From an uncultured bacterium (lineage in GTDB: Bacteria; Acidobacteriota; Thermoanaerobaculia; Multivoradales; JAHZIX01), in the NCBI GenBank assembly GCA_965368975.1, contig CBDUPA010000008.1, positions 192,001-256,000 on the forward strand: DNA of 64,000 nt. Direction: 5' to 3'. The first letter of the stretch is position 1; each line of letters opens with the position of its first letter. The position numbers and the translations under genes were made by a program. Below the pieces are notes generated by a model. It was not told where the DNA came from and searched no databases. It was given only the letters and a program-made list of their open reading frames with translations. Below are positions 10,909-19,814 of this stretch, piece by piece.

Positions 10909-11928
10909 CTAGAGGGCCGCCTCCGCTTTCAACTCTCGGGTCATCAACTCGTTGATCGTGTCGCGCGGTGCCTTGCCGTGGTAGAGCACGGCGACCATTT
11001 GTTCGGTGATGGGCATCTCGACGCGCAACTCGTGCGCCAGCTGAGACACCGCGAGGGCATTGCGTACACCTTCGGCGACCATGCGCGTGCCACCGGTGAT
11101 TTCCTCCAACGTCTTACCTTCCGCCAGCTGCAGCCCGACCTTGCGGTTGCGCGACAGGCCCCCGGTGCAGGTCAGAACCAGGTCACCGAGCCCGGCCAAC
11201 CCGTAGAAAGTGGCGGCGTCACCACCGCACTTGACGCCCAGCCGGGTGATCTCATGCAGACCACGGGTGATCAGGGCCGCTTCGGTATTCTGTCCCAGGC
11301 CCAGGCCGCTGAGCACGCCGGCGGCGATGGCGATCACGTTCTTGGTCGTCCCGGCCAGCTCGACACCGATCACGTCGTCGGTGCGGTAGAGGCGGAAGCT
11401 GCTCGACGAGAGCATCTCCTGCAGCTCCCGCGCCAGCTCCGGATCCTCGGACGCGATGACGCCAGCAGAGGGTACACCGCGGGCCAGCTCGGCGGCGAAG
11501 GTGGGCCCGCCGAGCACTGCGAAGGGGAGCTTGCGGCCCGCGGCGGCGGCTTCTTCGGCGCAGACCTTGCTCATGCGCAAGGTCGACTCGGGTTCCAGGC
11601 CCTTGGTGGCCGATACCAGCGCCGGTTTGGCGTCCGCCGGTAACGCCGCCAGGAGCTCGCGCACGGCATGGCGCAGACCGTGCGATGGCACGACCAGGAG
11701 GACTGCCTTGCACGCAGCGAGGTCTTGCAGGCGATGCGTCGGATGGACTGAGTCCGGTAGCTCGACACCCGGCAGATACACCTCGTTGCGCCGTTTCTGC
11801 TGCAGCTCGGCGGCAAAGTCTTCACGCCGAGCCCAGAGATGTACTTTGTGCTCCTGGTTGCAGCCGGCAGTATGGATGGCCAGTGCGGTGCCCCAGGAGC
11901 CGGCGCCAAGAATTCCTATTTCCGTCAC
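10909..11928 (-). CDS. gpsA: NAD(P)H-dependent glycerol-3-phosphate dehydrogenase
   Basis: ILGAGSWGTALA, SATKGLE, GPTFA, KNVIAIAAG, GLAGLGDLVLTCTGGLSRNR. Confidence 0.97.
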   Translation of the reverse strand: MTEIGILGAGSWGTALAIHTAGCNQEHKVHLWARREDFAAELQQKRRNEVYLPGVELPDSVHPTHRLQDLAACKAVLLVVPSHGLRHAVRELLAALPADAKPALVSATKGLEPESTLRMSKVCAEEAAAAGRKLPFAVLGGPTFAAELARGVPSAGVIASEDPELARELQEMLSSSSFRLYRTDDVIGVELAGTTKNVIAIAAGVLSGLGLGQNTEAALITRGLHEITRLGVKCGGDAATFYGLAGLGDLVLTCTGGLSRNRKVGLQLAEGKTLEEITGGTRMVAEGVRNALAVSQLAHELRVEMPITEQMVAVLYHGKAPRDTINELMTRELKAEAAL

Positions 11929-12054
11929 GCTGGAGATCCTACCTCGCCAGCGCCGCCATCGCTAGCATCTGTGCCGGTCGGTGTTCGGGGCTGGTTGTTC
12001 GCCGGCTCGGCAGCGGGATGTCGAGGTCCAGGAATCCGTTGCACGTGGCCGAGC

Positions 12055-13365
12055 TCAGACCAGGCGGAGCAGGGAAGAAGTAGTCATGCCGGCGGCGCGC
12101 AGGAGCTGCCGACGTAGCATCTCGAGGGCGATCTGGCTGCTCTGCCAGCGGATCCGCTCGCGATCACCGGGTAGCTGCACGCGCCGGTGGCGCACCGGAT
12201 CACCGTCGCCGTCGGGGGGACCGGCGACCGCAATGTGCACGGTACCCACCGGTTTGTCGTCAGTGCCACCGCCGGGACCGGCGATGCCGGTGACGCCGAT
12301 GCCGTAGTCGGTGCCGAGCACGCGTCGAGCACCTTCGGCGAGCGCGCGCGCCACCGGTTCGCTGACGGCTCCGTGCTGCGCCAGCATGCTCTCAGGTACA
12401 TCCGCCAAACGTGTCTTGAGGTCGTTGCTGTAGGTGACCAGGGCACCCTGGAAATACTGACTGCTGCCGGCGACGCGGGTCAGGCGCTCGGCGACCAGAC
12501 CGCCTGTGCAGCTCTCGGCGGTACCGACGCTGGCTTTCTGCTCGCGCAGCAGACGTCCCACCACAGCCTCCAACGAGTCACCCAACTCGAAGCTGAACAC
12601 GGCCTTGCCGATCAACTCGACCAGGCGGCGACGGATCGCCTGCAGGCGCTGCTGGCGCGCCTCTTCGGCGCCGGTGGCCCAGAAGCGCAGGGTGATCTCG
12701 GCCGGTTTGGCCAGGATCGTGATGGCCTCGCGGCCGAACTCCTCGTAGGCCGGCTTGATCCGCTGCTCGACTTCGGATTCCGGCAGACAGGCGACCTTGA
12801 CCACCCCCATCTCGTGTGCAACGCCGGTGCCGTGTTCCTGCAGCCAGGGCTCCAGGTGCAGCTGCAGGATGGCATCGAATTCTCCAGGTACCCCAGGTGC
12901 CAGCACCAGCGTGCGAGGATCGCCCCCGGGTAGGGGGCCGGCAGCTTCGAGTAACAGACCGGGAGCGGTGCCGCGCGGGTTGTCGAGAACACGGGCTCCG
13001 CGTGGGACGTTCGCTTGCCGCCGGTTGATCTCCGGCATCTCGCGGTTCATGAAGGCGAACTTGGCACGGATGGCGTCGACGATACTCGGGTCTTCAACCA
13101 GCTCTAGATCGAAGTGTGCCGCCACCGACTCGCGCGTGATGTCGTCGGCCGTCGGACCGAGACCGCCGCTGATCAGTACCAGCTCGGCGCGTTCCAAAAA
13201 CTGGCTCAGGACGCGCCGGATGTCGTCCTCGTGATCGCCGACCACGGCCTTGGCCACCAGTTCGACACCGTAGCGGTGGAGCAGCTCGGCGGCGCGCAGG
13301 GAGTTGGTATCTAGACGGTCGGTGCCCAGCAGCTCCGACCCGACGGCAAGGATTGCGGCTCGCAT
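12055..13365 (-). CDS. cinA: CinA family protein (MoCF-like domain + PncC NMN deamidase domain)
   Basis: AVGSELL...DTNS, SGGLGPTADDIT, GTAPG, PGVPGE, TAESCTGG, YSNDLK, GVTGIAGPGGG...KPVGTV. Confidence 0.95.
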   Translation of the reverse strand: MRAAILAVGSELLGTDRLDTNSLRAAELLHRYGVELVAKAVVGDHEDDIRRVLSQFLERAELVLISGGLGPTADDITRESVAAHFDLELVEDPSIVDAIRAKFAFMNREMPEINRRQANVPRGARVLDNPRGTAPGLLLEAAGPLPGGDPRTLVLAPGVPGEFDAILQLHLEPWLQEHGTGVAHEMGVVKVACLPESEVEQRIKPAYEEFGREAITILAKPAEITLRFWATGAEEARQQRLQAIRRRLVELIGKAVFSFELGDSLEAVVGRLLREQKASVGTAESCTGGLVAERLTRVAGSSQYFQGALVTYSNDLKTRLADVPESMLAQHGAVSEPVARALAEGARRVLGTDYGIGVTGIAGPGGGTDDKPVGTVHIAVAGPPDGDGDPVRHRRVQLPGDRERIRWQSSQIALEMLRRQLLRAAGMTTSSLLRLV

Positions 13366-13393
13366 TCCGCGATTCTAGCCTACGTACCGGTTT

Positions 13394-14560
13394 TCAGCGC
13401 ATCGGTCCGAGCCAGCCGAAACCATCGCTCGGTGCCGACCTCTCTCGGCGCGCGAGATCGTCGTGGATGCGCTGGAAATCAGAGTGGCAGGCGAAGAAGG
13501 CGTCGACCAGCAGCGGGTCGAAATGGTGGCCGCGGTCGATCGAGATGCGCTCGACCGCTGTGTCGTGGCTGAGGGCTGGTTTGTAGGGACGCCGATTGGT
13601 GATCGTGTCGTAGGCGTCGACCAGGGCGACGATGCGCGCTGCCAGCGGGATCAGCCGGCCGGCCAGGCGCCGTGGATAGCCGGTGCCGTCCCAGCGCTCG
13701 TGGTGGTGATAGGCAATCTGCATCGCCATGGTCAGGAAGCTGTGGCCCTCGAAGCGGCGAATCACCGAGCGCAGCGTATCGCCGCCGATGCTGGTGTGCG
13801 TACGCATGATGTCCATCTCGTCGGCGGTCAGAGGGCCCGGTTTGCGCAGGATGGCGTCCGGGATACCGACCTTGCCGATGTCGTGCAGAGGGCTGGACTT
13901 GGTCAGCTGCTCGATAAAGCCGTCGGTCGTCAGGTGGTTGTACGGCCCCTGGCGCAGTTGTTCGGCCAAGCGCCGACTGTAGGCCGAGATGCGCTCCAGG
14001 TGCAGGCCGGTCTCGACATCGCGCGATTCTGCCAGCCGCGCGAGCGTCAACAGCGCGATGTCGCGGGTCTGGCGCAACTCGTGCGTGCGCTCGGTGACCT
14101 GGTGTTCCAGTTCTTGACGGTAGCGGTCGTGGCTGCGCAGCAGGCGGCTGCGTTCGAGCGCATGTTTGAGGGTACTTTCCAGGTCTTCCGCGTCGTACGG
14201 CTTGATCAGGTAGTCGTAGGCGCCGTTGCGCAGGCAGCGACGGACGGTGTCGACGTCCTGGGCGGCCGAGATCATCACCACCTGTATGTACTCGTCGAGT
14301 TGTTTGAGCTGTTCGAGCAGGTCGATCCCCGAGATTCCGGGCAGACGGACATCCACCAGCGCCACTTGCGGGGCGGGCGTCTGGCGCGCGGCCATGAAGC
14401 CAGCTTCAGCGCTCGACGCGGTGCGGCAGTCGAACCCGAGCTGTTCCAGCTGGCGGCCGAGCAGGTGCGCGACCTGTTCGTCATCCTCGACGATCAGGGC
14501 CATTGGACGCCGGACGGTGGGCGGTAGCACACCGCTGAGATGCTCGGTTGCAAGATCCAT
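13394..14560 (-). CDS. Response regulator with HD-GYP domain (RpfG-like c-di-GMP phosphodiesterase)
   Basis: REC (IVEDD, LVDVRLP, KP), ETGLHLERI, LHDIGKVGIPD, HHHERWDGTGYP. Confidence 0.94.
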   Translation of the reverse strand: MDLATEHLSGVLPPTVRRPMALIVEDDEQVAHLLGRQLEQLGFDCRTASSAEAGFMAARQTPAPQVALVDVRLPGISGIDLLEQLKQLDEYIQVVMISAAQDVDTVRRCLRNGAYDYLIKPYDAEDLESTLKHALERSRLLRSHDRYRQELEHQVTERTHELRQTRDIALLTLARLAESRDVETGLHLERISAYSRRLAEQLRQGPYNHLTTDGFIEQLTKSSPLHDIGKVGIPDAILRKPGPLTADEMDIMRTHTSIGGDTLRSVIRRFEGHSFLTMAMQIAYHHHERWDGTGYPRRLAGRLIPLAARIVALVDAYDTITNRRPYKPALSHDTAVERISIDRGHHFDPLLVDAFFACHSDFQRIHDDLARRERSAPSDGFGWLGPMR

Positions 14561-14689
14561 AGCTTCACCTAGAACTTAGAAATAAAGGCTAGCGTAGCGG
14601 GAGTCCCGGGTCAAGGTTGTTTCGAGTCGTAGTGTTCTGAGTTTATGAAGTCTTGGAGATCGCGAAAGCAGGCAGCCAGCGTCACGCTT

Positions 14690-14705
14690 TGGCGCCTGAG
14701 GTGCA
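14690..14705 (+). promoter_or_regulatory. Candidate sigma-54 (-24/-12) promoter for the peptidase locus
   Basis: TGGCGCCTGAGGTGCA has GG-N10-GC spacing and lies in the relatively AT-rich divergent intergenic region about 105 nt before the ATG at 14810. Confidence 0.4.
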
Positions 14706-14809
14706 CGTTCATGGAGAAGTTAGAGTCTGCCGCCGTGCTCATGTGTTCTCTGGGTATAGAGACATGGCCACGGGGGCACTTATTCAACATGCATGTAGGG
14801 AGATCGTCG

Positions 14810-15343
14810 ATGAATCGACAGTCATGTCGGACGTGGGACCGGTACGCAGCCTCGCTGCTGCTGGTCACCACACTCGTAGTCGGAGCTGGCGCCGCGCAAG
14901 CCGCGGACCAGCCGACCCCAACCGTGGATGCGAACACGCCGGACGGCGAAGCCGCACCGGCCTGGGCGCAGGTCCAGGTTCTCACCCCGTCGCCGGAGCT
15001 GATTCCGTCGGTGACCGCTCGTGCCGCGATGGGGGAGCCGGATGCTCTGCGCGTCGCAGTCGACCCCGAAACCGGTGCACTGCGGGCGCCGACGCGCGAA
15101 GAACGCGCGCAGCTGAACGAAGCCTTGCAGCCGCGGCTCAACCGCTCCAGCGTCGGTCTGCAGGCTGTGACGCTGGTCAATGGTACGCAACTGCTCAACT
15201 TGCAGGGTCGCTTCCTGAGCGCCGCGCAGGTCGAGGTGCTGCCCGACGGCAGCCACCAGTTCCAGTGCCTGATGGAGACCGAGGAAGAAACCGCCGTCCG
15301 CCAGCAGCGCCAGACGCAGAAGGGGGCGGCCGATGTCCAGTAA
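14810..15343 (+). CDS. Secreted small protein resembling the post-PEP-CTERM-1 family
   Basis: GGGAG RBS, signal peptide ending AQA, VAVDPETGALRAPTREERAQL motif, C-terminal VLPDGSHQFQC; overlaps the start of the downstream peptidase. Confidence 0.7.
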   Translation: MNRQSCRTWDRYAASLLLVTTLVVGAGAAQAADQPTPTVDANTPDGEAAPAWAQVQVLTPSPELIPSVTARAAMGEPDALRVAVDPETGALRAPTREERAQLNEALQPRLNRSSVGLQAVTLVNGTQLLNLQGRFLSAAQVEVLPDGSHQFQCLMETEEETAVRQQRQTQKGAADVQ

Positions 15344-17261
15344 CAGTCTCACCCTCGCTAGCCGCCGCTGTCTCTTCGGCGTGCTCGCTCTGAGCTTCCT
15401 TCTGACCGCGGCCCCGGTGTTTGCCGTCAACATCTTCATCGTCAACATGGACGGCCCCGGCGAAGGCTTCAACGATCCGACGGTAGTCGCTCCTGTGGGC
15501 GGGAACCCGGGGACCACACTCGGCCAGCAACGCCTGATCGTCTTCCAGCAGGCGGCGGCGATCTGGGGCGGCACGCTCGACAGCGCGGTCGACATCTACG
15601 TCCAGGCCAGCCTGGATCCGCTGCCCTGCTCGCCGACCTCGGCGACGCTGGGGCAGGCCGGTACCCTCCAGGTCTCGGCCAACTTCGGCGGTGCGCCCTT
15701 GTCCAACACCTGGTACCACATCGCGCTGGCCAACAAGCTTGCCGGTGTCGACCTGATTCCAGGTGCTCCAGGGACCGCGGCCGACGACATTGGTGCCACC
15801 TTCAACAGCTCGATCGACAACAACCCGGCCTGCTTGCCGGGCAACTGGTACTACGGTCTCGATCACAACGAGGGCGCTAATGACATCGACTTCCTGGCCG
15901 TGCTGCTGCACGAGTTCAACCACGGTTTGGGTATGGCCAACTTCACCAACGAGGCGACCGGTGCATTGCTCGGTCCTCCCTTCTATCCCGGTATCTTCGA
16001 CGTCTTCACCCTGGATACCGACCAGGGCTTGACCTGGGATCTGATGACCAACGCTCAGCGTGCCACCTCGGCCGTCAACTGCGGCGGCGTGGTGTGGAAT
16101 GGTCCCAATGTCACGGCCTTTGCACCGTTGATCCTGGATAGCGGTGTGTCGGAACTGTCCGTCAACAGCCCGGTGGCGATCGCCGGTGACTACCAGGTCG
16201 GGGAGGCCTTGTTCGGTCCCGTGTTGACCTCACCGGGAGTGACTGGTGATCTGGAGCTGGTCAATGATGGTGTCGGCACCGTCACAGATGGTTGCGAGCC
16301 GCTAGTTGGCTTCACCAGTGGCAATGTCGCCCTGATCGACCGGGGCAGCTGTACCTTCGTCCAGAAAGTACAGAATGCCGAGGCCGCGGGCGCCACCGCC
16401 GTCGTGGTTGCCGACAATGTTGCTGGCTGTCCGCCCGACCAGCTGGGGGGTACCGGCATCACCAACGTTCCCGCGGTTCGCATCAGCTTGGCTGATGGCA
16501 ACACGATCAAGGCCCAGTTGCCGGGAGTCAACGTCACCTTGGGAGTCGACGACAACCAGCTACAGGGCGCCAACGATGCGGGGCAGGTACTGATCTATAG
16601 CCCGGATCCTCTGGAGCCCGGCTCCACCCTCTCTCATTGGGACGTCAGCGCATCGCCGGACCTTCTGATGGAGCCCTTCTTCACCTCGGGCCTGACTGAT
16701 GATCTGGATCTGAGTCCGATGCAACTGGCCGACATCGGCTGGATGCTGCAGCAGACCTGTGGCAACAACACACGTGAAGGCCTGGAAGTTTGTGATGGCA
16801 CCGACCTGTTCGGCCAGACCTGCATCAGTCAGGGCTTCGACGGTGGCACTTTGGCCTGTGACGGAACCTGTACTGGTTTCGACACGTCGGCCTGCGTCAC
16901 CTGCGTTGACGGCAAGACCGACGGTAGTTGGAACCTGCCGGATCTGACGCACCTCGGTGAGCTGTTCGGCTACCTCTACGACCCCAGTGGCACCGCGATC
17001 TACAAGATCTGGGGCACGCTGGTGGAGACCTCGCCGGCCGGCGGTATCGCCCACGGAGTTGTGTACGACGGTAGCCTGCCGCACCCGTTCTACTTCACGG
17101 GCACGTGGAGTTACGTGCAGGCTGACAACGGTGGCTTCAACTTCACGGTCTTCGAGTATGGCACTGGCGCCAACGTCGGCTTCATCCAGGGCCGCTGGAG
17201 GGACGACCCGCTGTTCAGCAGCGTCGGCCAGTTCGGAGGAACCTGGCAGATCTGCCAATAG
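15333..17261 (+). CDS. Secreted PA-domain zinc metallopeptidase with Cys-rich repeat and beta-rich C-terminal domain
   Basis: Signal peptide, GEGFNDPT..VGGNPGTTLGQQRL, LLHEFNHGLG (HExxH), PA domain (ALIDRGSCTFVQKVQNAEAAGA), SHWD...LLMEP, CGNNTREGLEVCDG Cys-rich repeat. Confidence 0.88.
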   Translation: MSSNSLTLASRRCLFGVLALSFLLTAAPVFAVNIFIVNMDGPGEGFNDPTVVAPVGGNPGTTLGQQRLIVFQQAAAIWGGTLDSAVDIYVQASLDPLPCSPTSATLGQAGTLQVSANFGGAPLSNTWYHIALANKLAGVDLIPGAPGTAADDIGATFNSSIDNNPACLPGNWYYGLDHNEGANDIDFLAVLLHEFNHGLGMANFTNEATGALLGPPFYPGIFDVFTLDTDQGLTWDLMTNAQRATSAVNCGGVVWNGPNVTAFAPLILDSGVSELSVNSPVAIAGDYQVGEALFGPVLTSPGVTGDLELVNDGVGTVTDGCEPLVGFTSGNVALIDRGSCTFVQKVQNAEAAGATAVVVADNVAGCPPDQLGGTGITNVPAVRISLADGNTIKAQLPGVNVTLGVDDNQLQGANDAGQVLIYSPDPLEPGSTLSHWDVSASPDLLMEPFFTSGLTDDLDLSPMQLADIGWMLQQTCGNNTREGLEVCDGTDLFGQTCISQGFDGGTLACDGTCTGFDTSACVTCVDGKTDGSWNLPDLTHLGELFGYLYDPSGTAIYKIWGTLVETSPAGGIAHGVVYDGSLPHPFYFTGTWSYVQADNGGFNFTVFEYGTGANVGFIQGRWRDDPLFSSVGQFGGTWQICQ

Positions 17262-17318
17262 CGTGCCGAAGCACTGAATCCGGTCTCGACTTCTGAGGTC
17301 GCTTGCTCCGTCCGGAGC

Positions 17319-17358
17319 TGGCCGGTTTCCCGCTGCCCCGGGAAACCGGCCATTTTTT
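17319..17358 (+). terminator. Rho-independent terminator
   Basis: Perfect 14-bp stem TGGCCGGTTTCCCG / CGGGAAACCGGCCA, 6-nt loop, followed by TTTTTT. Confidence 0.88.
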
Positions 17359-17510
17359 GTCGATTCACACGTTCAGTGTCCCGTTTGTCTAGGTGAACTG
17401 CACGTGCATCGAGAAGCTCACGTGTGCTCGAAGGCTCTCCGTGTAGGCCCTGCCTTGCATGCGTGGGAGCGGCAACATCGCCCAGAATTCTGACTCCAGA
17501 GGACGACTCG

Positions 17511-19196
17511 ATGAAGCGAGAACCCCGATCGAACTGGCTGTGCCGTCTGCAGCAGCTGAGCCAGGACACCGCCCTGACCGCGACCCTCGCCCTACTGCCG
17601 ATCTTCGCCTTGCTGTCGACACCGGCGGTCATGGCACAGGACGAGGACTCATCGTCGGTTCCCGCGTGGAGCCAGGTCGATGTGGTGGATCGTTCTCCCT
17701 TCTCGGCGAACTTCATTCTGGTCAATATGGACGAGCCTGGTGAAGGTCTGAACGACCCGACGCCGGCCGAACCCGTGGCTGGCAATCCCGGTACAACGCT
17801 CGGGGAACAGCGCCTGAACGCCTTCCGCGCTGCCGCCGCGGTGTGGGCACAGACGATCGTCAGTCCGGTCGACATCTACGTCCAGGTGGGCTTCGATCCC
17901 CTGCCGTGCAACGCGGTCTCCGCCACCATTGGCTCAGCCGGGACGTTGACCAGTGAGCGGGATTTCCCCGACGCACCGCAGGCGGGCACCTTGTACGTCG
18001 TCTCGCTGGCCAATGCCCTCGCGGGCCGCGACCTGCATCCCGGTCCGCCAGGTGCGGGTGGTGACGACATCTCGATTCGCTTCAATAGCTCGATCGACAA
18101 CAATCCCAATTGCCTTGCGGGTAGCTGGTATTACGGCTTTGATCACAACGAGCCCATGGGCCACGTCGACATGTTGGCGGCAGCGGTCCACGATCTCCAC
18201 CACGGCCTGGGCATGTTCAACTTTGTGCACGAGCCGAACGGCACCATGATCGATGGTCCAGAGCATCCGGGGATTTTCGAACGGATGCTGCTCGATACCG
18301 ACCTCGGCTTGACGTACGCCGAGATGACCGATGAGCAGCGTGCCACCTCCGCCACCAACTGCGGCAAAGTAGTGTGGACCGGACCCAACGTCACGCGCTT
18401 CGCACCGTTCTTCCTGCGGCGTGAGGCGCCGCAGTTGCGTGTCGAGAGCAGGGGCGCCGAGGCCGTGTACGAGGTGGGTACCGCGCAGTTCGGCCCGAGG
18501 CTGACTGCCGAAGGGGTCCAGGGAGTTCTGCAGGTGGTGGACGATGGAGTCGACAACGGGACCGATGGGTGTACGCCGCTGGCGGGTTTCACCGCCGGGA
18601 ATATTGCCGTCATCGACCGGGGAGTTTGCGGATTCACCACCAAGACGCAGAACGCCGCGGCGGCTGGTGCCAGCGCTGTCGTGGTCATCGACAGCCAGCC
18701 GTCCGAGTGCGCGCCCGGTTCTCTGGGCGGCACTATCATCGTGGACATCCCCACCTTCAAATTGAGCCAGAAGGACGGTGTCCAGCTCAAAGAAGCCCTG
18801 GCCGCCGGCAACGTCCGGGCGAGCCTCGAGTTCGGTCGGATCGAAACCCTGGCCGGTGCCGACGCCGAGGGCCGGGTGCGGCTCTACAATCCACGGCCGC
18901 TGAGTTCCTTCACCAACTGGCACTGGGACGTCGATGCCAACCCCGACCTGCTGATGGAGCCGTTTCTGACCCCGGGCCTGACGGTCGCGAACCTCGACCT
19001 GAGCCCGATGCAGTTGGCCGACATCGGCTGGACCCTGCGTCAGTGGTGCGGGAACAACGTGCGCGAAGGGATCGAGATGTGCGACGGAGAGGACCTGTTC
19101 GGGCAGAGCTGTGAGAGCCTCGGCTTCAGCACAGGTACGTTGGCGTGCGCACAGGGATGCGAGGAGTTCGACACCTCGGCCTGCACTGCGGAGTGA
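17511..19196 (+). CDS. Paralogous secreted PA-domain metallopeptidase-like protein with HDxxH motif
   Basis: AGAGGA RBS; collinear with the upstream paralog (GEGLNDPT..AGNPGTTLGEQRL, FNSSIDNNPNCL, DRGVCGFTTK, HWD..PDLLMEP, CGNNVREGIEMCDG); zinc motif reads VHDLHHGLG. Confidence 0.85.
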   Translation: MKREPRSNWLCRLQQLSQDTALTATLALLPIFALLSTPAVMAQDEDSSSVPAWSQVDVVDRSPFSANFILVNMDEPGEGLNDPTPAEPVAGNPGTTLGEQRLNAFRAAAAVWAQTIVSPVDIYVQVGFDPLPCNAVSATIGSAGTLTSERDFPDAPQAGTLYVVSLANALAGRDLHPGPPGAGGDDISIRFNSSIDNNPNCLAGSWYYGFDHNEPMGHVDMLAAAVHDLHHGLGMFNFVHEPNGTMIDGPEHPGIFERMLLDTDLGLTYAEMTDEQRATSATNCGKVVWTGPNVTRFAPFFLRREAPQLRVESRGAEAVYEVGTAQFGPRLTAEGVQGVLQVVDDGVDNGTDGCTPLAGFTAGNIAVIDRGVCGFTTKTQNAAAAGASAVVVIDSQPSECAPGSLGGTIIVDIPTFKLSQKDGVQLKEALAAGNVRASLEFGRIETLAGADAEGRVRLYNPRPLSSFTNWHWDVDANPDLLMEPFLTPGLTVANLDLSPMQLADIGWTLRQWCGNNVREGIEMCDGEDLFGQSCESLGFSTGTLACAQGCEEFDTSACTAE

Positions 19197-19801
19197 CCGT
19201 GGGCGCTGCTCTGGGGCACCGCTCAGTGCCAAGCCGAGTCTGGAGTGCCCTGGTCGCGGCCGGGGTTCTCTGGGCCCTGCCGCCTGTAGTGCTGCCGACG
19301 TTCGCGGTACCCGCCGATGAGGCGCGTGCCGAAGCCAAGGCTGAAGAGACCCAACCCGCCGAAGCTCGCCCAGTTACAACCAACCGCGTCGAAGCTGACC
19401 GCGTCGAGGCTGACCGCGTCGAGGCTGACCGCGAGCCTGACCAGGGCACAGCTGGGCCGCAGGCTCTTCCTGCCTGGATGCGGATTCCCGTCATCCAGGC
19501 CCCGGCTCGGGCAGCAGGTGTCGACGCGGCTTCCGGATCGACCGGTGCGGCGCTACCCGGCGGTCCCGACACGCGGCCGGTGACGCGGTCGTCGAGAGCG
19601 GCGGTGCGGGCAGACGGCAGCCTGCATGTGGTCTGTGGTTTCGGCGGTGAGGAGCATGTGCACGCTTCGGCCGAACAAGCCCGCACCGCGCATGCGGAAG
19701 TTGGGGGTGAGGAACCGGCGGTCAGCTCCTCAGCAGGTTCCACTTCTTCGGAATTGGCTGACCCGGAAGCCACCAACAGTAGCGAGACGCCTCCGCGCTG
19801 A
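19193..19801 (+). CDS. Hypothetical secreted/membrane-anchored protein, probable diverged paralog of 14810..15343
   Basis: GTGA overlap with the peptidase stop, hydrophobic N-terminus, PAWMRIPV and VRADGSLHVVC matching PAWAQVQV and VLPDGSHQFQC; RVEAD x3 repeat. Confidence 0.55.
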   Translation: MTVGAALGHRSVPSRVWSALVAAGVLWALPPVVLPTFAVPADEARAEAKAEETQPAEARPVTTNRVEADRVEADRVEADREPDQGTAGPQALPAWMRIPVIQAPARAAGVDAASGSTGAALPGGPDTRPVTRSSRAAVRADGSLHVVCGFGGEEHVHASAEQARTAHAEVGGEEPAVSSSAGSTSSELADPEATNSSETPPR

Positions 19802-19814
19802 CGTCCTGCGGCCT

